Shown here: positions 26,600-35,925 of the stretch, one piece after another
Layout: the number at the start of each line of letters is the position of its first letter
Numbering within the stretch: the first letter of the stretch is position 1
From: an uncultured Vicinamibacterales bacterium
GTDB lineage: Bacteria; Acidobacteriota; Vicinamibacteria; Vicinamibacterales; JAKQTR01
Length of the DNA stretch: 64,000 nucleotides
Assembly: GCA_964481395.1 (NCBI GenBank)
Contig: CAYZYG010000013.1
Span: 1,452 to 65,451 of the forward strand
Direction: 5' to 3'
Position numbers and translations under genes: made by a program
The notes under the pieces: generated by a model
What the model was told of the DNA's origin: nothing
The model's database searches: none
What the model saw: only the letters and a program-made list of their open reading frames with translations

Positions 26600-28040
26600 G
26601 CACGCGGATCTCGTCCGCGGTGACCACGCGAACGACCCACAGCCCGGCCGCGTACGTCAGCGCGCTCGCCGCCATGACGACCGCGATGTTCTGGTCGCGC
26701 AACAGGTAGCAGACGCCCCCCATGACCGCCGTCGCCGCGACGGCCCGGCTCACCTGCCAGGCATTCGACGGCCTCGCCACGAGGTGCCGGCTGATGGAGA
26801 ACCACAGGAGCAGGCAGGCCGTCGCGTTCGACAGCAGCGCGGCCATCGCCGCACCGTTCTCGGCGTACCGCGGAATGAGCAACGCACTCAGCAGGACGGT
26901 GAGCGCGGTCGACACGACCGTGACCACGCCGGCGAGTTTCTCGTGGTGAATGGCCCCAAGCGCCCACGACTGGAGCGAGGTCAGGAAGGTGATGAACAGG
27001 GACCAGATCAGGATCTGCAGGACGAAGGTCGCATCGATGTAGGCCGGCCCGTACACGAGCGTGATGATGGGACGCGCCAGGATCGTCGTCCCGACGCCGA
27101 TCGGCAGTCCCAGGAGCACCATGTAGAAGAAGAACCGCTTGAACAGCCGCCCGCCTTCTTCCGCCGAGCGCTGGTACAGGGCCACCATCGTCGGGTAGAA
27201 CGCCGTGCAGATGCCGTCTGGCACCACGGCCAGACGCTCCACCAGCCCGTTGGCCGCGCCGTAGTGGCCCACCGACGCGTCGCCCGACACCGATGAGAGG
27301 ATCAGAATCCCGACCTTGCTGCCGACGATGGCGATGAGGCCCGGCACGAAGAAGGGCGCGCCCTGGATGATGGCCGACCTGAAGCCGGGCAGGTTCCCGA
27401 CGAACCTCGGCGTGCGGTGATGTCTGGCGAAGCGGACCCACGCCACGCCCAGGCCCGCGGCGTTGCCCAGCACGTAGGCGGTCGTCACGCCCAGGAGCCG
27501 GAAGCCGGCGAGCAGGGCAGCCACGGTGAAGACGATGACCGCCAGCCCCGTGGCGGCCTGGGCGACAGCCACCTCACGCATCCGTTCGCGCGCCTGGAAG
27601 ACGTCGTAGAACGTCGTGCTCATCGCCTGGAACACGATCGTGAACGAGGCAAGGCAGATGACGATCTTGGTGTCGGTCGGGTACGGCGACAGCAGCGCGC
27701 TTCCGGCGGCGACGGCGGCGCTCACCAGCGACAGGGTGAGGCGGGCGGAGAAGACCATGTCGATAAACCCGACCGACTGGTCCGGTCTTGCCGCGACCTC
27801 GCGCACGGTGATGGCGCGCAGTCCCAGGTTCGCGAATGGCGCGATCATGGCGACGACGGTGAACCCGAGGATGAAGCGGCCGTACTGGTCCTCGCCGAGC
27901 AGACGGGCGGTGTAGCCCACGACGAACATGGAAATCAGACTGAGCGCCAGCGGCTGGATCACCATCCAGAGCGAGTTCTGCACCACGACCTGCGCAGGCT
28001 CGGATCGCGGCGTCACAGGATTCCCACCCGGCGCATCCAC
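26559..28040 (-). CDS. oligosaccharide/polysaccharide flippase (Wzx, MOP superfamily)
   Basis: About 12-14 TM helices with typical Wzx N-terminus (VQNSLWMVIQPLALSLISMFVVGYTARLLGEDQYGRF). GTG start 1 nt after the upstream stop. Confidence 0.85.
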   Translation of the reverse strand: MDAPGGNPVTPRSEPAQVVVQNSLWMVIQPLALSLISMFVVGYTARLLGEDQYGRFILGFTVVAMIAPFANLGLRAITVREVAARPDQSVGFIDMVFSARLTLSLVSAAVAAGSALLSPYPTDTKIVICLASFTIVFQAMSTTFYDVFQARERMREVAVAQAATGLAVIVFTVAALLAGFRLLGVTTAYVLGNAAGLGVAWVRFARHHRTPRFVGNLPGFRSAIIQGAPFFVPGLIAIVGSKVGILILSSVSGDASVGHYGAANGLVERLAVVPDGICTAFYPTMVALYQRSAEEGGRLFKRFFFYMVLLGLPIGVGTTILARPIITLVYGPAYIDATFVLQILIWSLFITFLTSLQSWALGAIHHEKLAGVVTVVSTALTVLLSALLIPRYAENGAAMAALLSNATACLLLWFSISRHLVARPSNAWQVSRAVAATAVMGGVCYLLRDQNIAVVMAASALTYAAGLWVVRVVTADEIRVLRGALLGRATGGG

Positions 28041-28041
28041 G

Positions 28042-29007
28042 TCAGGCGCTCCGATCGGCAGCGGGCTGCCGGCCCACCAGGCGTTTGAGGATTCCGAGCC
28101 GGCGCTCCCCGACGAGCAGACGGCCCAGCAGGCCGGCGAAGGCGGGCTGGCCTGCCATGTGCAGCGGGTTGCTGGCGATGGCCAGGAACAGGCATCGTCT
28201 GGCCGGCCGCGTGTCCCCGATCGAGTACCAGGCCCAGGCCGCGCGGCCGTATCGCTCGGCGACCGCCATGCCGCGGTCGTACGCGCCGATGCGGTACGAC
28301 CGGTCCGCGAAGTGCTTCCTGAGCAGCCGGAGTTCGTTTTCGAGCATCGACGCCATGTTCCTCGGCGAGCTGAGATTCGACGCGCCGGACCGCATAATCG
28401 TGAGTGGCTCGTTCACGAATCCAATCGAGTACCGTTTGGCTGCCCGAAGCCACAGATCCCAGTCCTCGACGCCCCACAGGCTCTCGTCGAAGAGCCCGAG
28501 CGCATCGAGACAGTCGCGCCGGACGACCGCGCTCGATCCCCCGGACACGGTGTTCCCCAAGAGCAGCCTGCGGATGCTCGCCGGATCGCCCGCGCGCAGC
28601 GTCGCCTGGCCGGGTCCGGTATCGGCGAGCGTCTCGCCGTCGAAGGAGACGTACCGGGAGAGACAGCTCACGACGCCCAGCGACGGGTCCGACGCGAACA
28701 GACCCATCTGACGCTCCAGTTTCTGCGTCATCCAGAGGTCGTCCGAGTCCAGGAACGCCACGAATTCCCCGTTCGACTGTCGGATCCCTCTGTTCCTCGC
28801 TGCGGCCGGGCCCGCATTCCGTTGCCGGACGAACCGGACCCGGTCGCCGAACCTCTGCAGCGCCGCCTCGGTGTCGTCGCTCGATCCGTCGTCGACCACG
28901 ATCACCTCGCACGGTGCGAGGGTCTGCGCAAGCGCGCTCTCGACCGCTTGCCCGACGATCGCGGCCCGGTTGTAGGTCGGGATGACCACGCTCACCGACA
29001 TCGTCAT
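28042..29007 (-). CDS. glycosyltransferase family 2
   Basis: VSVVIPTYNRAAIVGQAVESALAQT, VIVVDDGSSDDT and FLDSDDLW (DxD) motifs. ATGA overlap with the upstream gene. Confidence 0.9.
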   Translation of the reverse strand: MTMSVSVVIPTYNRAAIVGQAVESALAQTLAPCEVIVVDDGSSDDTEAALQRFGDRVRFVRQRNAGPAAARNRGIRQSNGEFVAFLDSDDLWMTQKLERQMGLFASDPSLGVVSCLSRYVSFDGETLADTGPGQATLRAGDPASIRRLLLGNTVSGGSSAVVRRDCLDALGLFDESLWGVEDWDLWLRAAKRYSIGFVNEPLTIMRSGASNLSSPRNMASMLENELRLLRKHFADRSYRIGAYDRGMAVAERYGRAAWAWYSIGDTRPARRCLFLAIASNPLHMAGQPAFAGLLGRLLVGERRLGILKRLVGRQPAADRSA

Positions 29008-30071
29008 GGTGACGCTGCCTCCGAGGGCACGGCCGGAGTGACCGACGCACCTCCGGGTGCCGCGGCGCCGAGCCGCGGTGGACCGAACAGGCGCGGCAGG
29101 GTCGCGGTCGATCGGACCCAGTGCCGGTCCATGTCCGACTCGACGGAGACCCGGCGCAGGTCAAGGTCGTCCCAGTCGTCGAACCGGGTCATCCCGCCGT
29201 AGTAGCTGAAGGCGTACTGCACTCCGGCGCGACGCAGGCAGACCCGCGTGCCCTCGTCGAAACTGTCCAGGCTCCCCACCGGATAGCTGAAGACGCGCAT
29301 GGGTTCTGCGAGTTCGTCGGACAGGCGCGACCCGCAGCGCGAGATTTCCTCCCATTGGCGCTCGGGTGTCAGGCGCGCCAGGACGGGATGGGTCACCGTG
29401 TGCCCGCCAATGACCATGCCCGAGGCCCGCATGTCACGGACCATGTCCCAGCTCATCCACGTACCGCCGGCGACACCCGCGTGGCGGCCGCTGCCGGTAG
29501 CGTCGGCGAGAAAGTCGAGAAAGCCCTCCGTCGCAGCCGCGGGCATGCCCTTGAAGGCCCGGAGCAGCGCGCGAATGGCGAGAGTCCGGTCCGGATCGTC
29601 GAAGGCGATCGGACCGGGAAGCCATGCCCCCCCCTCCAGGCCGCACCGGGGGCTCCGACGCACCATCCACGCGATCTCGTCCCACCAGGCGGGCCGTCCG
29701 TCGTCGAGAAACCCCGTGGTGATGAAGAAGGTGGCCCGCACGCCGTGCTTCCGCAGAATCGGGAACGCCACCTCGTAGTTGTCGAGGTACCCGTCGTCGA
29801 AGGTGATGAGCACGAAGCGCCCGCGGCCCGCCTGCCGGATGGCGGGCAGGTCCTCGGGCGTCACGACCGAGAACGTGCTCGCGAGAAATCGGACCTGGTC
29901 GTCGAATCCTTCGGCATCCGCGCTCCAAAGCTCCCGGTCGTACACGCTCGCGCGGCCGTCGCCAATCCGGTGGTAGTTCAGGCACAGGACGCCGGACCAG
30001 GGCGCGACCGTGCGCAGGAGGGGCAACAGCCCGCTCGCCGAAAGGACGCGCGCAGCCAATGCGCGCTTCAT
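29004..30071 (-). CDS. polysaccharide deacetylase (CE4/NodB family)
   Basis: LCLNYHRIG, LITFDDGYLDNYEVAFPILRKHGVRATFFITTGF and GGHTVTHP motifs. ATG 30071 overlaps the upstream stop (ATGA). Confidence 0.85.
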   Translation of the reverse strand: MKRALAARVLSASGLLPLLRTVAPWSGVLCLNYHRIGDGRASVYDRELWSADAEGFDDQVRFLASTFSVVTPEDLPAIRQAGRGRFVLITFDDGYLDNYEVAFPILRKHGVRATFFITTGFLDDGRPAWWDEIAWMVRRSPRCGLEGGAWLPGPIAFDDPDRTLAIRALLRAFKGMPAAATEGFLDFLADATGSGRHAGVAGGTWMSWDMVRDMRASGMVIGGHTVTHPVLARLTPERQWEEISRCGSRLSDELAEPMRVFSYPVGSLDSFDEGTRVCLRRAGVQYAFSYYGGMTRFDDWDDLDLRRVSVESDMDRHWVRSTATLPRLFGPPRLGAAAPGGASVTPAVPSEAASP

Positions 30072-31195
30072 GGCAACGCTCCAGCGGTTGAGAACCGGTG
30101 CCGCCTGGCGAAGCGGCCGGCCAGTTCGATGGGCCAAGACGCCGCCTCGCGAAGCGTCGCCCGCCTTACGGAGATGGCGGTGAGCCTGTTCTCCCGCGTG
30201 GCCAGCCGCTCCTTGTAGGAGGCCGCGCCTCTCAGGAAGTCGTACGCCTCGATGCCGCGGCCAGCAAGCTCACGCATGAGCAGCAGGTGCGCGGCGTTGC
30301 CGGGGCTGCGCAACCGTGCCGACTCGTGCTGTACGCCGGACTGGTAGAAGGCGAATACCCGACCCGTGATGAAACCGTAGAGCACCGCAACGGGCGCGTT
30401 ATCCAGGACGAACCGCCCAAGCACCGCGCGTCCTTCGGGCAGCCACTCCCGAATCAGCCGGCGGTGAAACTCCACGAATCGTCCCGCCGCGAACGCACCG
30501 GGTCTGCCGTCGGCTGCCCATCGTTCCTGATGGAGCCGGATGAGGTCGTCAAACGCGGCACGGCTTTCGTCGGCGGTGGCCAGTTCGAATCGGGCACCCG
30601 CGTGTTGGGCCTCTCGCAGGAGCCGGCGCGCCTGCTGTCGGCTGTTCGCCGACAGTCGCCCGAGATAGGCGTCGAAGCCTCCGGTCAGGTCGGCCACCGG
30701 GCACGCGCCACGGGCGGTCAGCCGAGCTCGCCCCGGCCTCCTCGCCGAGCCGATCAGCGCGGACGCCACCGGCAGATCCAGCAACTCGAGGCGATCCCAC
30801 TCCAGCCGGTCGATCTCGCGCCAGACCAGATCGGCGCACTCGGCTTCGAATCCGGGTCGGCTGAGGAGGTCGAGGTAGTCCGGACAGGTCTCTTCGGTTT
30901 CGGACTCTCCGGTGGAGATGAACCGGAGACACCGTGCCTGCAGCCAGCCGGGCCTGCTCATGTACAGCGGAAGGGCGCCGACCAGCCTCGAATCGTGCCA
31001 CATCGTGACAATCCGGAGTCCTCCGGCCCCGTACGTCTCGCCGTATTCGTCCCACCAGGTCCGCAGCCAGGCAAACTGGAGGAATGGTGACGCCTCAGCC
31101 CGGCTGCGGTGCAGCTCTTCCCACGCCGGACGCAGTCCGGCCCATCCGGCCTCGTCTGTGACGACACGGGACACGACGCGTCTCTCCGCGGCCAT
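30068..31195 (-). CDS. CelD/BioF2-like GNAT acetyltransferase (FemAB-related, EPS-locus type)
   Basis: SPFLQFAWLRTWWDEYG N-terminus and C-terminal GNAAHLLLMRELAGRGIEAYDFLRGAASYKERLAT, typical of the Acetyltransf_6/CelD family. Start taken at ATG 31195; the region upstream of it looks non-coding. Confidence 0.75.
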   Translation of the reverse strand: MAAERRVVSRVVTDEAGWAGLRPAWEELHRSRAEASPFLQFAWLRTWWDEYGETYGAGGLRIVTMWHDSRLVGALPLYMSRPGWLQARCLRFISTGESETEETCPDYLDLLSRPGFEAECADLVWREIDRLEWDRLELLDLPVASALIGSARRPGRARLTARGACPVADLTGGFDAYLGRLSANSRQQARRLLREAQHAGARFELATADESRAAFDDLIRLHQERWAADGRPGAFAAGRFVEFHRRLIREWLPEGRAVLGRFVLDNAPVAVLYGFITGRVFAFYQSGVQHESARLRSPGNAAHLLLMRELAGRGIEAYDFLRGAASYKERLATRENRLTAISVRRATLREAASWPIELAGRFARRHRFSTAGALP

Positions 31196-31396
31196 CACCG
31201 ATTCGTCCCTGATGTGCGCACGACGGGCGGGCGGGCACACCGGCACACGGTCCCCATGCCGGAACTGTCGGCTGCGGCGACACCAGGCTTTAGCCGCGTC
31301 AGGCTCTGAAGCCCCGGCTCGGCGCGCGTGCGGGAGGTCTCGGCAGGACCCGGGACTGGACACTTGACCGCTGAGATTCGATATATCTCAGAGGTG

Positions 31397-32551
31397 ATGG
31401 TGAACTCTGAGGAGTTGGCCGGTCAGGCCTCGGAGCCGCATGCGGCGATCCGGATCCGGGCCGTTGACTGCCTGGCCGTCGATGCCGCGACCATGGCGGC
31501 CTGGGCCGGGCTCGAACGCGTCGCGGTCGAACCGAACGCGTATCTCTCGCCGTACTTCGTCTTGCCTGCGGCGCGCCATCTGGAACCCGGGCGAGCTCCC
31601 TTCGTCCTGCTGGCGGAAACCGAAGACGGCGAACTGGCGGGTGTCGGCGTGTTCACGCCGCGAGGGCCGGGTACGCACTTTCCGCTGCCGCACCTGGCCG
31701 CCTACCGCTCCCGCCATTCGTACCTGACCGGCCTGCTGATCGACCAGCGGCGCGTCGAGCCGGTGGTCTCGGCCGTCTTCGACTACCTCTGCAGCCCCGG
31801 CCGTGGCTGGCACGCTGTGGCGTTCACGTGGCGCAGCGTGGACGGCCCGCTCGCGGACGCCATGGCGGCGACGACGGCGGACCGAGGATTGCCCTGGCAT
31901 GAGACGTCCGGCAGCCCGCGCGCCGTGCTGGTGCCCGCGAAGGCGGGAGGCGGGTATCTCGAGGCCGAACTCAAGAACGGGCGACTGAAGGGCCTGCGAC
32001 GACAGACGCGCCGCCTGAACGAACTGGGAAACGTGGACTGGCAGGCCATTACCGGACGAGACCCGTCGCCTGCCGCGATTGAAAGCTTCCTCGATCTCGA
32101 GCACCGTGGATGGAAAGGCGCCGAAGGCACGTCCCTGCGCTCCAGGCCGGAGGACGAGGCCTTCTTCAGAGAGGTCGTGGAAGGATTCGGCCGTGAGGGG
32201 CGAGCGTGCTTCACCGAACTCCGCCTGAACGGCGTCGTGATTTCCTCCACCAGCAACTTCGTCTCCGGACGCGCGGGGTTCGCATTCAAGATCGGCTGGG
32301 ACCCCGCCTACGCGAAGCTCTCACCGGGCATGCTGAACGAGATCGAGATCATCCGGCGCGCACCGGACTTGTTCGGCGGCCTCGACTATCTCGACAGCGG
32401 CGCCAGCGAAGGATCCTACCTCGACGAATTCTGGACCGGCCGCCGCCGCCTGAGCACGGGTCTGTTTCCCACGACCGCTCTCGGCCGACGGGCGCTTGCG
32501 TTCGTCGATACTGCCCGCCGCCTGAAGCGCCGCGTTCAGCTCGGCCGGTAA
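31397..32551 (+). CDS. CelD/BioF2-like GNAT acetyltransferase (second paralogue)
   Basis: NAYLSPYFVLPAARHL N-terminus. HRGWKG..GTSL, and C-terminal LSPGMLNEIEIIRRA...LDYLDSGASEGSYLDEFWTGRR. Divergent from the previous gene. Confidence 0.7.
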   Translation: MVNSEELAGQASEPHAAIRIRAVDCLAVDAATMAAWAGLERVAVEPNAYLSPYFVLPAARHLEPGRAPFVLLAETEDGELAGVGVFTPRGPGTHFPLPHLAAYRSRHSYLTGLLIDQRRVEPVVSAVFDYLCSPGRGWHAVAFTWRSVDGPLADAMAATTADRGLPWHETSGSPRAVLVPAKAGGGYLEAELKNGRLKGLRRQTRRLNELGNVDWQAITGRDPSPAAIESFLDLEHRGWKGAEGTSLRSRPEDEAFFREVVEGFGREGRACFTELRLNGVVISSTSNFVSGRAGFAFKIGWDPAYAKLSPGMLNEIEIIRRAPDLFGGLDYLDSGASEGSYLDEFWTGRRRLSTGLFPTTALGRRALAFVDTARRLKRRVQLGR

Positions 32552-32557
32552 GCCTCA

Positions 32558-33628
32558 TCACCGTTCGAGGACGGTCGTCGGAGTCACCACCCTGAACCCT
32601 TGAAGCCCACGGGTCTCGTGTCGCCGCAGAAGGTCATCGACAGCACGGTCGAGACCGACAGACGGCTCCGGAAGCCCGACGACGCCCTCCAGGCCGCGCG
32701 CACCGTAGGCGACCATTGGATTGGCCTCGAAGAAGCGGGCGGAGGTGCCGGATGGGCCTGCGTGGAACAGGTACACCCAGGTGGCCGCTTCTTCGTCGGG
32801 CATGACGGCGGCGCCCCACTCCCGTTTGTGGCGGAACACGCCGTCGTTCAGGAACGGCGCACTGAGCATGGTGTCGACGGCGCGGAGCCCGGTGGCCTGG
32901 GCGTACCGGAGCTGGAAGTAGTACAGAGCCGTCTGCGCGCCTCCCTCGACGTGCGCCTCGTCGCCGTCCAGGACTCCGGTTCGCCTGAAACGCAGCATGC
33001 CGTCCTCGACAAGGCACAGGGCTCCCGCAACGGGCTCGTCGCCTCTGGTCACGAAGACCAGGAGGCCACGTTCGAAGAACGCCTTCATTTCGCGGTAGGG
33101 ATCGATGGACGCCAGATCGCCGTAACGCCGCCTGATATGTGGCACGAACATGCGGTGATAGAAGAAGTCGAAGTCGGCGGGGTCCCGCGACATCCGGTGG
33201 GCGAGTCCTGACTTCTCCTCGAACCCGTTCGAGATCTGCCGCTTCTTCTTGCCGAACGTCGCTCGCACGTCTTCCCACGTTCCCGACGTGTCGATGACCT
33301 GCCGAATACCATCGGTCGTGCGGTAGTCGTAGAGCCCGCGGAAGATGCGCTCGTACGCGCGGGGCAGGACGGCCACGCAGAGATCGCACAGGGCGGGCCG
33401 CCGGGCGAGCAGATGGCGCAGCCGGAGGATGGGGATGCGTCGCTTCATGAGCACGGCCGGCGGCTGCTCGAAAATCCGCCCATTGACGTACTCGCCGAAC
33501 GGCGTGTTGTCGACGAAGAGGAACCTGAATGGTTCTCCGGATCCCTTCAACCGTCCCTCGACCAGGGTGGCATGAGAGAACGCCATCGCCACGGCCGGGT
33601 ACACCACACGCTTGAGCCGCCGCATCAT
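32558..33628 (-). CDS. GNAT/FemAB-like acyltransferase-fold protein (third, divergent paralogue)
   Basis: FFYHRMFVPHIRRRYGDLASI, GALCLVEDGMLRFRRTGV and GAQTALYYFQLRYAQATGLRAVD resemble the Acetyltransf_6/FemAB-like C-terminal lobe. Assignment is by eye only. Confidence 0.55.
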   Translation of the reverse strand: MMRRLKRVVYPAVAMAFSHATLVEGRLKGSGEPFRFLFVDNTPFGEYVNGRIFEQPPAVLMKRRIPILRLRHLLARRPALCDLCVAVLPRAYERIFRGLYDYRTTDGIRQVIDTSGTWEDVRATFGKKKRQISNGFEEKSGLAHRMSRDPADFDFFYHRMFVPHIRRRYGDLASIDPYREMKAFFERGLLVFVTRGDEPVAGALCLVEDGMLRFRRTGVLDGDEAHVEGGAQTALYYFQLRYAQATGLRAVDTMLSAPFLNDGVFRHKREWGAAVMPDEEAATWVYLFHAGPSGTSARFFEANPMVAYGARGLEGVVGLPEPSVGLDRAVDDLLRRHETRGLQGFRVVTPTTVLER

Positions 33629-33641
33629 GCCCAGGTCCCCC

Positions 33642-35174
33642 TCACCGGAACACCATGCGGCGCCCGAGTGCCATCAGACGCTGAGGAACGCGGTCGGGGA
33701 TGTGCAAGGCGGCGAGTGCCCGGCGAACGATTCGCCTCGCCCGTCGTTCCTCGGCGGGATTGACCGGGATTCCCAGCGTCTCCCGCCACAGCCGCTCGAT
33801 CAGGGTTCTGAAGAGCGTGAATTCGGGGCCGCGCCGATCCCGCTCGTCGACCGACAGCATCGTGGCGAGCAGGGCCCTGCAGTTCAGCGGGGCGAACGTC
33901 TCCTGGACGATGTCGTACTGGGCCCGGATGAGGGCCTGCTTCTTGCCGACGAACTGCTCCCAGCAGAAGAGGTCCAGCGGGTGGACGTTGCGTGGTTGCG
34001 CCGTCGCCAGCCATCGCTCGAATGCCCGCATCTGGAAGGGATGGCTCACCCCGGCACACAGGGCGGCGAGATCCCGCGCCGACACCTCCGCCGTTCCGGC
34101 TGCCGGCAGACGGTAGTAGGCCTTGACGATCTCGGCGACGTCGCCGGTGACGCAGACGCGCTCCGGCGGGTACTGTTCGTAGAGCCCCTGCGCGTCGGCG
34201 CAGTACGTATCTCGCGAGGCTGCCACGTTGCGCTGGTAGATGTCCTTGAACGCGTCGTTCGCTTTCGACGGGTAGCTGACCGTGTGGTGATCGAGCCCCA
34301 GACGTTTCAGCAGCGCGGCTGGCACACGCACGTCACGAGAATGCTCCGCGCGCGGGTACAGCAGCGTGAAGCAGTACAGATCGTCCTTGACGTCCCGGCT
34401 GAGGGCGAGCATCAGCCGGCTGTCCCACCCGGCCGTCATCGACAGCGCGAGCGGGAAGCGCTGGCGCGCGCTGCGCATGAGCCCTTGAAGGATCCGAAGG
34501 CTGTCCTCGACGGCGACGGCGAGGGGGACGGCTGGCAGATCCGTGTCGGGCCAGTATCTGTGGACGTCACCGGTCCGCAGATCCAGGGCGTGGTTCGGCA
34601 GCAGGCATCTCACCTCTTGGAACAGGGACGTGTCGCCCGGCGTCCAGTACACGTCGCAGTCGTCGTGTTCCTGTGCGTCGAAGTAGGCGCGCGCGCCTTC
34701 GTCCCTGGGCAGGCCGAGCGGCTCCGCGACCAGCAGCGGCCGCGACGCGCACCTCGTCTCGCCCCGCACCCGGTCGCGGGCGTAGTAGACGCTTCGCTGG
34801 CCGGCTGCGTCGTGGAGCACCTGCGTGTCTCGGCCGTCGTGCACGACCAGCACCCAGCGCCCGCCCAGATCGGCCGTGTGCCTCCAGAACGTGGCGCACG
34901 TGTCGAGCGCCTGAAGCAGCCGGCCGACAATCTCCGAGTTCCCCGCTTGCGGTCTCTCGGGATCCAGCATGTACCCGGCGAGCGTGACGGACTTGGCGGC
35001 AGTGGTGGCCTGGCAGACGTCGAGGTCCGGGTGGGCGGCGAGCTGCCACTGTTCCGCGATGGTCAACCGCGTCCACGAGACCGGCACCTCGGCCCCGGGA
35101 GGCCCCAGGACGAACTGGCGCCGGAACGACAGGCGCTGAAGCGCGGCGGCGCTGTAGTCAGCCCGCCCGCTCAT
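33642..35174 (-). CDS. asparagine-synthetase-like PP-loop ATP pyrophosphatase lacking the N-terminal Cys nucleophile
   Basis: Starts MSGRADYS (no Cys2). Ntn-like N-terminal half (GRWVLVVHDGRDTQVLHDAAGQRSVYYA). Degenerate PP-loop LALSMTAGWDSRLMLA. GAGGA RBS. Overlaps the upstream gene by 17 nt. The upstream part of the track ORF (to 35501) overlaps the 2H gene. Confidence 0.6.
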   Translation of the reverse strand: MSGRADYSAAALQRLSFRRQFVLGPPGAEVPVSWTRLTIAEQWQLAAHPDLDVCQATTAAKSVTLAGYMLDPERPQAGNSEIVGRLLQALDTCATFWRHTADLGGRWVLVVHDGRDTQVLHDAAGQRSVYYARDRVRGETRCASRPLLVAEPLGLPRDEGARAYFDAQEHDDCDVYWTPGDTSLFQEVRCLLPNHALDLRTGDVHRYWPDTDLPAVPLAVAVEDSLRILQGLMRSARQRFPLALSMTAGWDSRLMLALSRDVKDDLYCFTLLYPRAEHSRDVRVPAALLKRLGLDHHTVSYPSKANDAFKDIYQRNVAASRDTYCADAQGLYEQYPPERVCVTGDVAEIVKAYYRLPAAGTAEVSARDLAALCAGVSHPFQMRAFERWLATAQPRNVHPLDLFCWEQFVGKKQALIRAQYDIVQETFAPLNCRALLATMLSVDERDRRGPEFTLFRTLIERLWRETLGIPVNPAEERRARRIVRRALAALHIPDRVPQRLMALGRRMVFR

Positions 35175-35805
35175 TCTCGTCCTCGCGCCCGGCACGCTCC
35201 CCGAACCGGGCCCGTCTGTAGGTGAACCATTGCGTTCCCGTATGACACAACAGCGCCATCCGCTCCGGGACGAACTCGAACGCCCCGGTCGGAGCGGTGA
35301 ACGCACAACGCGCCCGCGCCAGGTCCTGTCGCGAGAGGCCGTACGCAATCGTGACGTGGAAGTGGAATTCGGGTCCCTCGATGTCGTAGGGCTGCACCCC
35401 GTATCCACTGGACAGGTCACGCAGGACGCGCTGCCTGAGCGCTTCGAGAGCAGGGTTGGCCTCGACGTCGAGGAACATGACCCCCTCGTCGAAGAACCCA
35501 ACGTCGCCGATCCGGATCCCGAATGGCTCCACCTCGCGGCACAGCAGGTCGAGATGGGCGCCGAGCGGCTCGAGGACGGCGCTCTTGAAGCTCAGCTTCA
35601 GCGTGATGTGCGGCGTCTCCGGCAGATGGGGCTCCGTCCCGCACGCCTCCAGCAGCCGGACCTGCATTCGGCTGACGGCATTCTGGACCCGCTCCCCGAC
35701 CGGCAGCACGTAGGCGACCTCGATGGTGCGCCTCCCTGTCGCCCTGGCGCCCGCGGCGCTGAGGAGACGGCGGTAAATTCGGCGATGGAGGCCGTCAACG
35801 GACAT
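35158..35805 (-). CDS. 2H phosphoesterase superfamily protein (LigT / 2',5'-RNA-ligase-like)
   Basis: Two H-x-T/S-x motifs at the spacing typical of the 2H fold: TPHITLKLSF and EFHFHVTIAYG. High GC3. Confidence 0.7.
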   Translation of the reverse strand: MSVDGLHRRIYRRLLSAAGARATGRRTIEVAYVLPVGERVQNAVSRMQVRLLEACGTEPHLPETPHITLKLSFKSAVLEPLGAHLDLLCREVEPFGIRIGDVGFFDEGVMFLDVEANPALEALRQRVLRDLSSGYGVQPYDIEGPEFHFHVTIAYGLSRQDLARARCAFTAPTGAFEFVPERMALLCHTGTQWFTYRRARFGERAGREDENERAG

Positions 35806-35925
35806 GGTTAGCCTGTCAGGGGCCCGGCCCCGCGACCGGACGCCGCAGCAAATCGCGGGCGCACGTCTGGCCTCGAGGCCTCCCAAAGAGCAGTGTCGGC
35901 AGGAGCGGCCGGAAAGGATAGGGAC

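Noticed and set aside
31365-31390. TTGACC ... GATATAT promoter-like hexamers in the divergent GNAT/GNAT intergenic region.
   Set aside because: The spacing between the hexamers is about 12 nt, too short for a canonical sigma70 promoter.
33642-35174. The AsnB-like protein read as a lasso-peptide cyclase, marking a lasso RiPP cluster.
   Set aside because: No transglutaminase-like B protease, PqqD-like RRE or short precursor gene is visible nearby. The context is polysaccharide biosynthesis.
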